NCBI GenBank assembly: GCA_035461265.1
Contig: DATHVO010000293.1
Location: 1-61,747 of the forward strand
Length of the DNA: 61,747 nt
Direction: 5' to 3'
Source: Longimicrobiales bacterium
GTDB taxonomy: Bacteria > Gemmatimonadota > Gemmatimonadetes > Longimicrobiales > RSA9
The notes below the pieces were generated by a model. It did no database searches. It was not told the origin of the DNA and worked only from the letters and a program-made list of their open reading frames with translations. Shown here piece by piece: positions 53,352 to 61,747 of the stretch (the first letter of the stretch is position 1; every line of letters starts with the position of its first letter). The translations under genes were made by a program, and so were the position numbers.

Positions 53352-53765
53352 ATGAGCAGGAAGCTCCCGATCCCGGAAATCGTGGTGACGGCCCTCGCTG
53401 TGGTCGCGGGCGTCGCCGTGTACTGGTACGCGCACCGTGACGAAGGCGCGCTGGAGGAGTCGAAGGCCCGGGGCGCGGCCATCGTCCAGGCGCTCGATGC
53501 CCACCGCACGGACACGGGCATCTACCCGGAGGCGTTGACCGACCTCGTGCCCCACTACCTCCCGCACGTCGATCCGCCGGCCTGGGGTCTGGAGCGTTGG
53601 GTTTACCGCCGGTACCGGCCGAGCGAGATCATGGCGGCTGCGGAGCCCGCCAGCGCGGAGGACGACGAGTACGTGTACTTCCAGCTGTCCGTTCCGCGGA
53701 ACGAAAGCGGCTATCCGGTGCTGTACTACGATTACGCGGCCCGCCGCTGGGTGCTGAACAACTGA
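53352..53765 (+). CDS. membrane-anchored hypothetical protein
   Basis: 137 aa with one N-terminal TM segment (IVVTALAVVAGVAVYWY). No family recognised. Confidence 0.55.
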   Translation: MSRKLPIPEIVVTALAVVAGVAVYWYAHRDEGALEESKARGAAIVQALDAHRTDTGIYPEALTDLVPHYLPHVDPPAWGLERWVYRRYRPSEIMAAAEPASAEDDEYVYFQLSVPRNESGYPVLYYDYAARRWVLNN

Positions 53766-53801
53766 ACGGGCGTCAGGGCCGAGGACGGCGCGGAGGACGA
53801 C

Positions 53802-54302
53802 ATGAGGCAGCCCGAGACCTGGCTCCGGGGTCCGTTGAAGGGCGTGGCGGATGAGCTGCAGCCCGTGGCTCACGCGCTGATCCAGGCCCGGGAGGACCTC
53901 GATCTCGTCCTGGAGCGCGTCCCCGCCGCGGAGATGTGGGCTACGCCGGGCGGCGCCGCTTCCGCCGGCTACCACGTCCGTCACCTCGTGGGCAGCCTCG
54001 ACCGGCTGATGACGTACGCCAGGGGCGAGGCCCTGGCCGATCACCAGCTCGATGCCCTCCGGGCGGAGCATCTGCCGGAGCCGGGCATGACGTCGGGCGA
54101 CCTCCGGGCCAGCGTCCAGACCGCCATCGAACGCGCCCTCAAGCAGGTCAGGGAGACGGACCCGGCCACCCTCGGCGAGACGCGGGAGGTCGGGCGGGGT
54201 CGCATCCCGGCAACCGTCCGCGGCATCCTCTTCCACGCCGCCGAGCACACGTCCCGCCACGTCGGCCAGGTGATTACCACGCTGAAGGTGGTGCGGGGCT
54301 GA
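53802..54302 (+). CDS. DinB-family protein
   Basis: His triad context (YHVRHLVGSLDR, FHAAEHTSRHVGQV) in a protein of about 165 aa, consistent with a four-helix bundle. Confidence 0.75.
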   Translation: MRQPETWLRGPLKGVADELQPVAHALIQAREDLDLVLERVPAAEMWATPGGAASAGYHVRHLVGSLDRLMTYARGEALADHQLDALRAEHLPEPGMTSGDLRASVQTAIERALKQVRETDPATLGETREVGRGRIPATVRGILFHAAEHTSRHVGQVITTLKVVRG

Positions 54303-55418
54303 TCAGCGGCCGGCGCGCAGACGCGTCCAGATGCGGTCGTAGATCACCCGGGCGTCGCCCACATCCCTCAGCACCTCCAGCCGCTCCAGTACGGCGCTGT
54401 CGGGATAGACCGCGGGATCCGAACGCAGGTCGCCGTCAATGAACGGCCAGGCCGCCGCATTCGGCGAGGCGTAGCGGGTGTGGTTCGAGAGACGGCCGCC
54501 GATCTCGCCGTCCAGCAGGAAATTGATGAACACCTCAGCCGTGTAGCGCGACGGCGCACCCGCCGGCACCGCGAGGTTGTCGGTCCACAGGATGGCGCCC
54601 TCCCGCGGGATCACGTACCGGATGCCCGCCACTGCGTCGCGGGCCTGCAGGACATCGCCGCTGTAGTTGTGCGCTACGACCACGTCGCCGCTGGCCAGCA
54701 GCTCGCGGCCACTGGCGAAGGGCGCATAGGTGAGTACCCGCGGCCGTTGCTCCAGCAGCAGCGCTTCCGCACGCGCCAGCTCCGCAGCGTCCGTCGTGTT
54801 CGCGGAGAGGCCAAGGTAGATGAGTGCTGCGCCGATGGTTTCCCTCGGATCTGCGAGCATGGCGAACGGGCCGGGCTGCGCCGCCGGCTCGAACACCAGT
54901 CGCCAGGTGTCCAGGCCCGTCGCCTCCCCGTCGATGCGGTCGGTACGGACGCCCAGGCCACTCGTGCCCCACTGGTACGTCGCCGTGTAGCGGTTCCCGG
55001 GGTCGAACGGCATTTCCCGGAACCGGACGTCGAGGTTGGCGATGTTCGGGATGCGCGCGTGGTCCAGCGGCTCGAGCAGGTCGTCCCGCCGCAGCACCTC
55101 CACGGCGTAGTCGGATGCAACCACCACATCGTACTGACCGAGACCGCCGGCCTTCAGCTTGGCGATGAGCGCCTCGTTGTTGTCGTAGTAGTCCAAAACG
55201 ACGCGCACGCCGTAGGTCCGCCGGAACTCGGCGAGGAGGTCCGGATCCATGTAGTCGGGCCAGATGAACAGTCGCAGGCTGCGCGCAAGGGAGTCGCGGT
55301 GAACGGACACGCCATGGGCCTCGATGATTTCCGGCCGGTCGTCGGCCCGCGAGCCGCACGCGACGGCTGCCGCCCCTGCGAGGACCGCCACGATGGCGGC
55401 CTTCCCGATCCGATCCAT
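54303..55418 (-). CDS. potD: spermidine/putrescine ABC transporter substrate-binding protein
   Basis: Lipoprotein signal (LAGAAAVAC). PotD/PotF-like periplasmic binding fold. Last gene of the potABC-like operon. Confidence 0.85.
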   Translation of the reverse strand: MDRIGKAAIVAVLAGAAAVACGSRADDRPEIIEAHGVSVHRDSLARSLRLFIWPDYMDPDLLAEFRRTYGVRVVLDYYDNNEALIAKLKAGGLGQYDVVVASDYAVEVLRRDDLLEPLDHARIPNIANLDVRFREMPFDPGNRYTATYQWGTSGLGVRTDRIDGEATGLDTWRLVFEPAAQPGPFAMLADPRETIGAALIYLGLSANTTDAAELARAEALLLEQRPRVLTYAPFASGRELLASGDVVVAHNYSGDVLQARDAVAGIRYVIPREGAILWTDNLAVPAGAPSRYTAEVFINFLLDGEIGGRLSNHTRYASPNAAAWPFIDGDLRSDPAVYPDSAVLERLEVLRDVGDARVIYDRIWTRLRAGR

Positions 55419-55438
55419 GGATTGCCTCCCGCCAGACG

Positions 55439-56215
55439 TCAGGCCCGCAGGTCGTGCCGCGTGCTGCGGAGTGCCACGACCAGGAGCGCCAGCGTGGTGA
55501 CCAGCATCAGTGTCGACAGCGCATTAATGTCGGGCGTCACTCCCCTCTTGACCATTGCATAGATCCGGATGGGCAGTGTGGACGCACCGGCGCCGGCGGT
55601 GAAGTAGGTGATGACGAAGTCGTCGATGGAGAGGGCCAGGGCGATGAGTGCGCCGGCGACGATGCCGGGACGCAGGATGGGCAGGAGGACGTGCCGGAAC
55701 GTTTGCCAGCGGCCTGCGCCGAGGTCCCTCGCGGCCTCGATGATGGATAGCGGGAAGTCCTGCAGCCGGCTGCGCACGACGAGTGCGACGAAGGACAGCT
55801 GGAACGCGACGTGGGCCAGGATGATGCTCGCATGCCCGAGGGGAAACCCTATGGCGACGTAGAAGGCGAGTGTTGCAACGCCGATGACGATGTCGGGCAC
55901 GACGATGGGGAGGTAGAGCAGCATCTCGATGGCGCCGCGTCCCCGGACCCTGTGGATGTGGAGACCGATGGCGAGGAGGGTACCGAGGGCCGTGGCGCAG
56001 ACGGTCGAGATGGAGGAAACGATGAGCGTGTTGCGCAGTGCCGCGGCGGTCTCCGGGCTGTCGAACAGGCGTCCGTACCAATGGAGTGTGAACCCGGTCC
56101 ATTCGGCGCTCAGGCGAGACTCGTTGAAGGAGTACACCACGAGCACCGCGATGGGCGCGTAGAGGAACGCCAGCGTCGCGTAGAATGCCAGGCGGGCTGC
56201 GCGGCTTTCCTTCAT
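55439..56215 (-). CDS. potC: polyamine ABC transporter permease
   Basis: 6-TM permease with the EAA loop (IIEAARDLGAGRWQTFRHVLLP). ATGA overlap with potB. Confidence 0.85.
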   Translation of the reverse strand: MKESRAARLAFYATLAFLYAPIAVLVVYSFNESRLSAEWTGFTLHWYGRLFDSPETAAALRNTLIVSSISTVCATALGTLLAIGLHIHRVRGRGAIEMLLYLPIVVPDIVIGVATLAFYVAIGFPLGHASIILAHVAFQLSFVALVVRSRLQDFPLSIIEAARDLGAGRWQTFRHVLLPILRPGIVAGALIALALSIDDFVITYFTAGAGASTLPIRIYAMVKRGVTPDINALSTLMLVTTLALLVVALRSTRHDLRA

Positions 56216-57072
56216 GCCAGGGCCGTCCCGGTGTCGCGGGTCGCCCGGCGGAGCAGGTAGACGCCGAGCAGGACCAGGGCGATGAGGAACATCGAGAGAG
56301 CCGCCGCGAAGGGCCAGTCGCGTACCTGCAGCACCTGGTTCTCAATGAGGTTCGCCACCATGAGCGAGCGCGTGCCGCCCAGGAGGTCAGGCGTCACGAA
56401 TGCGCCGAGCGTCGGGATGAAGACCAGGACGGTTCCGACCAGCGCGCCGGCCCGGGTCTGGGGCAGGACGATCGCCCGGAACGTCGCCAGGCGACCTGCA
56501 CCGAGGTCGCGGGCCGCCTCCACGAGCGACCAGTCCATGCGGTCTACCGCGGCATACAGCGGCAGGATCATGAACGGCAGCGCAGTGTGCACCAGTCCGA
56601 GCAGGACGGCGCCATCATTGAAGAGGAGGGTGAGGGGCGCATCGAGGACGCCCGTTCGGGTGAGCAGCGTGTTGAGCACGCCCTCCCGCCGCAGGATGAC
56701 GATCCACGCGTAGTTCTTGACGAGCAGGTTCATCCAGGACGGGATGACGATGAGTGCGAGGGCGATGGCCCTGCGGCGGGGCGGCAGGGACCGCATGGCC
56801 AGGGCGCAAGGGTACGCGATGCACAGCGTGATGACGGTGGTGGCCAGGGCGAGGGCCACGGAATGGCCGAGCACGGAAAGGTAGAGCGGATCGAGGGCGC
56901 GGACGTAGTTGTCCAGAGTCAGTCGGCCGGCCGCGCCGGCGTCCGGCGCCTGGGCGATGAAGCTGTAGATGGCCACCACCGCCATGGGCGCGGCGAAGAG
57001 CGCCGCGAGGTAGAGCAGCGCGGGCGCGTTGTAGGCGAGGGCGGCCGTGCGATCGCCGGCGTGCCCCCTCAT
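56212..57072 (-). CDS. potB: polyamine ABC transporter permease
   Basis: 6-TM permease with the EAA loop (LVEAARDLGAGRLATFRAIVLP). ATGA overlap with potA. Confidence 0.85.
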   Translation of the reverse strand: MRGHAGDRTAALAYNAPALLYLAALFAAPMAVVAIYSFIAQAPDAGAAGRLTLDNYVRALDPLYLSVLGHSVALALATTVITLCIAYPCALAMRSLPPRRRAIALALIVIPSWMNLLVKNYAWIVILRREGVLNTLLTRTGVLDAPLTLLFNDGAVLLGLVHTALPFMILPLYAAVDRMDWSLVEAARDLGAGRLATFRAIVLPQTRAGALVGTVLVFIPTLGAFVTPDLLGGTRSLMVANLIENQVLQVRDWPFAAALSMFLIALVLLGVYLLRRATRDTGTALA

Positions 57073-58157
57073 CCGCCGGCCTGCCCGGCGAGCACGACGA
57101 TCTCCGACGGGTCGAGGAGGAGCGTCACGCCGGAGCCCTCCCCGACGACATCGTCGCCCGCGCCCGCCACGAGCGCGCGCAGCGTGGGCCCGGTGTCGAG
57201 GCGGACGCGGTACTCTACTGCCGCACCCAGGAACGCGACCTGTTCGATGCGTCCCGTCAGAGTGCCCGGACCGTCGCCGGCTTCGCCGCCGGCGGCGGGT
57301 CGCAGCGTCTCCGGTCGAATGGCGAGGGTCACGGCGGCGCCTGTGGCGGCGCCCGCCGGGAGGGCCGGGACGTGGAGGACCGGGCCCGCGTCGAGCTTCA
57401 CGGCGCCGGGACCGGCGACGCGTCCGTCCAGCAGGTTGGTCGAACCGACGAACGATGCGACGAAGGCGCTGGCAGGACTGCGATAGATGGTCCGCGGCGC
57501 GCCGACCTGTTCGAACCTTCCCTGCCGCATCACCGCGATGCGGTCGGCCAGGGACAGAGCCTCGGCCTGGTCGTGCGTGATGTGGATGAACGTGACACCG
57601 GTCTCCCGCTGGATGCGGCGGAGCTCGGCCTGCATGCGCTGCCTCAGCGACTGGTCGAGGGCGCTCAGCGGCTCGTCCAGCAGCAGCACGGCGGGACGGT
57701 TCACGAGCGCCCTGGCCAGTGCCACCCGCTGCTGCTGGCCGCCAGACAGCTGGCGGGGCAGGCGCGCCGCCTCGGCTTCGAGGTGGGCGAGGGCGATGAC
57801 ATCCCTGACGCGGTCATCGACTTCCCGCCGGTCCAGGCGCTTCATGCGGAGACCGAAGGCGATGTTGTCCCGCACGGATAGGTGTGGGAACAACGCGTAG
57901 TTCTGGAAGACCACGTTGACGTCGCGTCGCTCCGGTGGCGTGGCGGACACATCCATGCCGTGGAGATGAATGGTGCCGGAGTCCGGCCGCTCGAATCCCG
58001 CGATCATGCGGAGCAGCGTGGTCTTCCCGCAGCCGGACGGGCCCAGGATGCAGAAGTACTCCCCGCGGCCGAACCGCTCGGAGAGGGCGTCGACGGCGGT
58101 GACGGGCCCGAAGGTCCTGGTCACGCCGTCCAGACGGAGGACGTCGCCAGTGCTCAT
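57069..58157 (-). CDS. potA: polyamine ABC transporter ATP-binding protein
   Basis: Walker A GPSGCGKTT, signature LSGGQQQRVALARAL, Walker B LLLDEPLSALD. Internal ATG at 58157 (MSTGDVLRLDGV). Confidence 0.9.
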   Translation of the reverse strand: MSTGDVLRLDGVTRTFGPVTAVDALSERFGRGEYFCILGPSGCGKTTLLRMIAGFERPDSGTIHLHGMDVSATPPERRDVNVVFQNYALFPHLSVRDNIAFGLRMKRLDRREVDDRVRDVIALAHLEAEAARLPRQLSGGQQQRVALARALVNRPAVLLLDEPLSALDQSLRQRMQAELRRIQRETGVTFIHITHDQAEALSLADRIAVMRQGRFEQVGAPRTIYRSPASAFVASFVGSTNLLDGRVAGPGAVKLDAGPVLHVPALPAGAATGAAVTLAIRPETLRPAAGGEAGDGPGTLTGRIEQVAFLGAAVEYRVRLDTGPTLRALVAGAGDDVVGEGSGVTLLLDPSEIVVLAGQAGG

Positions 58158-58228
58158 GTGTCCGGGAAACGGGTCTGCGGGATCAGCACGGAAGATTCGG
58201 CGGCACACCGCCCGACGCAAGGAAGTCT

Positions 58229-58250
58229 CCGGGGCATGCGCTTGCCCCGG
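58229..58250. promoter_or_regulatory. palindrome in the potA/tspO divergent intergenic region
   Basis: CCGGGGCA-TGCGCT-TGCCCCGG with perfect 8-bp arms. The function is unknown. Confidence 0.25.
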
Positions 58251-58323
58251 CCCGTCCGCCGGCCCAGTCTAATGGAGTCGCGCACAGGATCGTAACCGCC
58301 CGCGATGCGGGCATGGAGGGACC

Positions 58324-58782
58324 GTGGGCCGTTGGCTCTGGCTGGCGTTCTGGATCGTGCTGTCGCTGCTGCCCGGCGTATTCGGTTCGCTGTTCCCGCC
58401 GGGTGAGTGGTACGCGTCGCTCAGCAAGCCGGCCTGGAATCCGCCATCCTGGATTTTCGGACCGGTGTGGACCACGCTGTACATACTGATGGGAGTCGCC
58501 GCCTGGCTCATATGGGACCGGCACCGGCGTGTGGCGCAGGCGGCCCTCACGCTGTTCGTGGTGCAGCTCGTGTTCAATGCCGCGTGGAGCTGGCTGTTCT
58601 TCGGGCTGCGCTCCCCGGGCCTGGCCTTTGCCGAGATCGTCGTGTTGTGGGCGCTGATCCTGGCCACGATCATCGCGTTCTGGCGGCTGCGGCCGGTAGC
58701 GGGCGCGCTGCTCCTGCCCTACCTCGGATGGGTCACCTTCGCCGCAATCCTGAACGCCACGCTGTGGCAGATGAACAGTTGA
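58324..58782 (+). CDS. tspO: TspO/MBR tryptophan-rich sensory protein
   Basis: 152 aa, 5 TM. PSWIFGPVWTTLYILMGVAAWL and LPYLGWVTFAAILN motifs. GTG start. Confidence 0.9.
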   Translation: MGRWLWLAFWIVLSLLPGVFGSLFPPGEWYASLSKPAWNPPSWIFGPVWTTLYILMGVAAWLIWDRHRRVAQAALTLFVVQLVFNAAWSWLFFGLRSPGLAFAEIVVLWALILATIIAFWRLRPVAGALLLPYLGWVTFAAILNATLWQMNS

Positions 58783-58793
58783 GGAGAGAAGCG

Positions 58794-59702
58794 GTGCATG
58801 GAATCCCTCCCCGCCGCGCGGTCGTCGCCGCCGCGGCGGTCGTGCTGTCGTCCCTGGGTCTCGCGACGGGCACGGCCGTGGCCCGCTGGGGCTTCCACGG
58901 CCATGGCATCGCCGGGCAGGCGGCTGCGACCGGCCTGCCCGGTGAAATGCCGGCGTTCTTCCGCGAGGCGGCGGACCAGCTCACCTACCTCAACCCGGAG
59001 CCGGACCGCTGGCGCGGCCAGGGATACGGCGAGCTGAACGAGGCGAAGCGGTACGACCACTACGTCGACTTCGAGGTCATCCCCGACTCCGTGCTGGCAG
59101 CGCCCGACCGGTTCCGCTACCTGTCGGCACTCCAGGTCATCGGCCTGCCGCGCCCCGCCCGCGATGCCGGGTTGCTGCAGTTCCGAATCGTCGAACTGTA
59201 CCAGTCACTCGTGGTGGAATGGCGGCTATGGCGCGCCGAGACGGACTCCGTCCGGCGGTCGTTCATCGAACAGCGCATCATCAACGACGCCGGCATCCTG
59301 GGCCATTATGTGACGGACGGATCCAATCCGCATCACACGACCGTGCACCACGACGGCTGGCGGACGGACTTCCCGAACCCGCGGGGTTTCACGACGGAGC
59401 GCGGTTTCCACAGCAGGTTCGAGTCGAGGTTCGTCGAGGCGAACATCACGCTGGACGACCTGCTCCCGCACAACACCGCGCCTCGCCAGCTGGAGGACGT
59501 CCGGGCGGATGTGCTGGACTTCCTCCGCCAGTCCCACGGCCGGCTCGACCGACTCTACGAACTGGACGCCATCGAGGCGTTCGGGCCGGGCACTCAGAAC
59601 CCGGAACACAAGGCCTTCGCGGTGGAGCGCCTCGCCGCCGGCGTCAATATGCTGCGCGATCTCTGGTGGAGCGCGTGGCTGGAAAGTGAGATGAGCCAGT
59701 GA
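58794..59702 (+). CDS. S1/P1 nuclease-like (or zinc phospholipase C-like) secreted metalloenzyme
   Basis: After a signal peptide, the mature N-terminus is RWGFHGHGIAGQAA (WGxxGH). HYVTDGSNPHHT resembles the HFxGDxHQPLH zinc site. GTG 58794 follows GAGGAGAG. Confidence 0.55.
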   Translation: MHGIPPRRAVVAAAAVVLSSLGLATGTAVARWGFHGHGIAGQAAATGLPGEMPAFFREAADQLTYLNPEPDRWRGQGYGELNEAKRYDHYVDFEVIPDSVLAAPDRFRYLSALQVIGLPRPARDAGLLQFRIVELYQSLVVEWRLWRAETDSVRRSFIEQRIINDAGILGHYVTDGSNPHHTTVHHDGWRTDFPNPRGFTTERGFHSRFESRFVEANITLDDLLPHNTAPRQLEDVRADVLDFLRQSHGRLDRLYELDAIEAFGPGTQNPEHKAFAVERLAAGVNMLRDLWWSAWLESEMSQ

Positions 59703-61459
59703 CTCCCCGCGTGAGCCGCATGCCCCCGTTCACGTACGCGCCCCGTCGCGGCCTGTCGCTCCTGCTGCTGGTCGCAGCGATGGTCGCCGGGGCGTGCGCA
59801 CCCCCGCCCGCGGAACGCGCGGCCCCCGTCCCGGCGCCCGCGCCCGTGCGCGCGCCGGCGGGCATGGTCGTGTCCGCCAACGTCATCGCGAGCCGCATCG
59901 GCATGGACGTGCTGCGGTCGGGCGGCAATGCCGTGGACGCCGCCATTGCCACCGGCTTCGCCCTCGCGGTGGTCCACCCCACCGCCGGCAACATCGGCGG
60001 CGGCGGATTCATGGTGATCCGGTTCCCGGACGGCCGGGCGACGGCCATCGATTTCCGGGAGAAGGCGCCACTGCGGGCTCACCCGGAGATGTTCGTCGAC
60101 CCCGCCACGGGCGAGTACTCGTCCACGCTCCACCACAACAGTCACCTCGCCGTCGGCGTGCCCGGCACCGTGGCGGGCTTCGACTATGCGCACCACCAGT
60201 ACGGGAGCGGTGAATGGTCCCGCCTCGTCGCGCCGGCCGTGGCCCTCGCCCGGGACGGCATCGTCATGACGCCGACCCTCGCCCGCTCCCTGGGCAATGT
60301 GCTGCCGGCCATGGCGCAGTACCCGGCGAGCACCGCGGCATTCTCGCGGGATGGCGAACCGTACCAGGCAGGCGAGGAGTGGCGGCAGCCGGAGCTGGCG
60401 GCCGCCCTCGAGCGCATCCGCACCGGCCGGCGGGATGGATTCTACACGGGCGAGACAGCGGAGCTGCTCGTTGCGGAGATGCAGCGAGGCGGCGGCATCA
60501 TCGCGCTGGAGGACCTCGCGCTGTACCAGCCGCGTGAGCGGACCCCCGTCCGTGGGACGTACCGCGGGTATGACGTCATCAGCATGCCGCCGCCCAGCAG
60601 CGGCGGCGTCGCCCTCATCCAGATGCTGAACATCCTGGAGGGCTTCGACCTCCGGGCCATGGAACACAACACGGCGCCGTACATCCATCACCTGGCCGAG
60701 GCCATGCGTGTGGCGTTCCGCGACCGGGCCCGCTTCCTCGCGGACCCCGACTTCGTGGAGGTGCCGGTGGACCGCCTGACGGGGAAGGATTACGCCACCG
60801 CGCTCCGACGCGGCATCGACCCCGCCCGCGCCACGGCCTCGGCACCCGCAGACGTACAGCTTCCTGCCGAGAGCGAGGAGACCACGCACTACTCCGTCGT
60901 TGACGGGGACGGCATGGCCGTGAGCGTGACGTATACGCTGGAGGCGGGATATGGCTCGAAGATCGTCGTGCCCGGGGCGGGCTTCCTTCTGAACAACGAG
61001 ATGGGCGACTTCAACGCCCGACCCGGCCTCACGACGGAGATGGGACTCATCGGCACGGAGCCAAACCTCGCCCGGCCGGAGCAGCGCATGCTCTCGAGCA
61101 TGACGCCCACCATCCTCGCCCGGGACGGCGAGCTGGTGGCCGTGTTCGGCAGCCCGGGCGGCCGCACGATCATCAACACCGTGCTGCAGATGGTGCTGAA
61201 CATCGTCGATCACGGAATGGGCATACAGGAGGCAGTCGATGCCCGTCGCATCCACCACCAGTGGCTGCCGGACCGACTCCGGGTGGAGGCGGATGGCGTG
61301 GCGGGCGATGCGGAGGCGCGCCTCCGGGCGATGGGCCACGAAGTCAGCGTCGCGGGCAGGCAGGGCAGCGTCCATGCGATCATGATCGATCCGCAGACCG
61401 GCGAGCGGCTGGGCGCCCCGGACCGGCGGGACGGCGATGCCGGCGCTGCCGGTCACTGA
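59699..61459 (+). CDS. ggt: gamma-glutamyltransferase
   Basis: GGGGFMVI, nucleophile context EETTHYSVVD, and NNEMGDF. GTG 59699 overlaps the upstream stop (GTGA). Lipoprotein-like signal. Confidence 0.9.
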   Translation: MTPRVSRMPPFTYAPRRGLSLLLLVAAMVAGACAPPPAERAAPVPAPAPVRAPAGMVVSANVIASRIGMDVLRSGGNAVDAAIATGFALAVVHPTAGNIGGGGFMVIRFPDGRATAIDFREKAPLRAHPEMFVDPATGEYSSTLHHNSHLAVGVPGTVAGFDYAHHQYGSGEWSRLVAPAVALARDGIVMTPTLARSLGNVLPAMAQYPASTAAFSRDGEPYQAGEEWRQPELAAALERIRTGRRDGFYTGETAELLVAEMQRGGGIIALEDLALYQPRERTPVRGTYRGYDVISMPPPSSGGVALIQMLNILEGFDLRAMEHNTAPYIHHLAEAMRVAFRDRARFLADPDFVEVPVDRLTGKDYATALRRGIDPARATASAPADVQLPAESEETTHYSVVDGDGMAVSVTYTLEAGYGSKIVVPGAGFLLNNEMGDFNARPGLTTEMGLIGTEPNLARPEQRMLSSMTPTILARDGELVAVFGSPGGRTIINTVLQMVLNIVDHGMGIQEAVDARRIHHQWLPDRLRVEADGVAGDAEARLRAMGHEVSVAGRQGSVHAIMIDPQTGERLGAPDRRDGDAGAAGH

Positions 61460-61501
61460 AGCCACGATGACCATGCATCCATCCGTCGCCGGCAGACCGG
61501 C

Positions 61502-61747
61502 ATGAGGCGGTTCGTGCTTCCATTTGCCCTTTCGGCCATGATCGCCTGCGCGCCCTGGGCCGCCGCGGCGCCGGCTGGGGTGGCCGACGTGCCGGTCGCG
61601 GCCGCAACCGCGGCCATCGATTCCGCCGCACTCATGCGGGACCTGTCGGTCCTCGCCCACGACAGCATGGAGGGACGGGCGACGGGGACTCCGGGCGGGT
61701 ACCGTGCCCGCGCGTTCATGGAACGGTCGTTCCGGGAACGCGGCCTC
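61502..61747 (+). CDS. M28-family peptidase, 5-prime partial (runs off the window)
   Basis: Signal peptide MRRFVLPFALSAMIACAPWAAA. LMRDLSVLAHDSMEGRATGTPGG parallels the N-terminus of the M28 peptidase at 3385..4830. Confidence 0.6.
   Translation, partial: MRRFVLPFALSAMIACAPWAAAAPAGVADVPVAAATAAIDSAALMRDLSVLAHDSMEGRATGTPGGYRARAFMERSFRERGL

Overview
This is a 61.7-kb, very GC-rich (about 70% by eye) and almost gap-free chromosomal segment. I call about 70 protein-coding genes on both strands. I recognised no rRNA, tRNA, CRISPR array, transposase, integrase or phage structural gene. The lineage is possibly Gemmatimonadota-like, but that is a weak inference from GC and gene content.

The content is mostly housekeeping:
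- a caa3-type cytochrome c oxidase operon (ctaC-D-E-F-G)
- a serB/aminotransferase/serA serine operon
- copA/copZ copper export
- potABCD polyamine uptake
- HU, a cold-shock protein and rsmD
- an aspartate aminotransferase and an aspartate ammonia-lyase
- an ECF sigma factor and a GAF histidine kinase
- topoisomerase IB, a GH9 glycosidase, TspO and gamma-glutamyltransferase
- several peptidases (two M28, one DmpA/S58)

At least 14 gene junctions are 4-8 nt start/stop overlaps (ATGA, GTGA, TTGA), and several genes need GTG or TTG starts. Long ORFs antisense to real genes are common and were rejected as GC-driven shadow ORFs.

I did not find the hallmark of a defined defence or mobile system. 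The candidates I can support for something undescribed are:
1. a cyclic-nucleotide-binding domain fused to aspartate ammonia-lyase
2. a translationally coupled DsbA-like / 104-aa / ATPase-dead DEAD-box operon; the DEAD-box protein keeps a DbpA RNA-binding domain and has an RGG tail, and an RGG-tailed Csp lies elsewhere in the window
3. a GlpB-like flavoprotein / 2x[4Fe-4S] protein / secreted DmpA-type peptidase operon
4. a DUF1330-FRG gene pair coupled by TTGA
5. a nucleotidyltransferase-metallophosphoesterase pair facing topoisomerase IB
6. a metal/redox locus where an HMA-CDF gene is frameshifted and the adjacent dihaem cytochrome c has no canonical start codon
7. a structured 250-nt leader in front of an orphan ECF sigma factor

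All family assignments come from motif recognition by eye, not from database searches.
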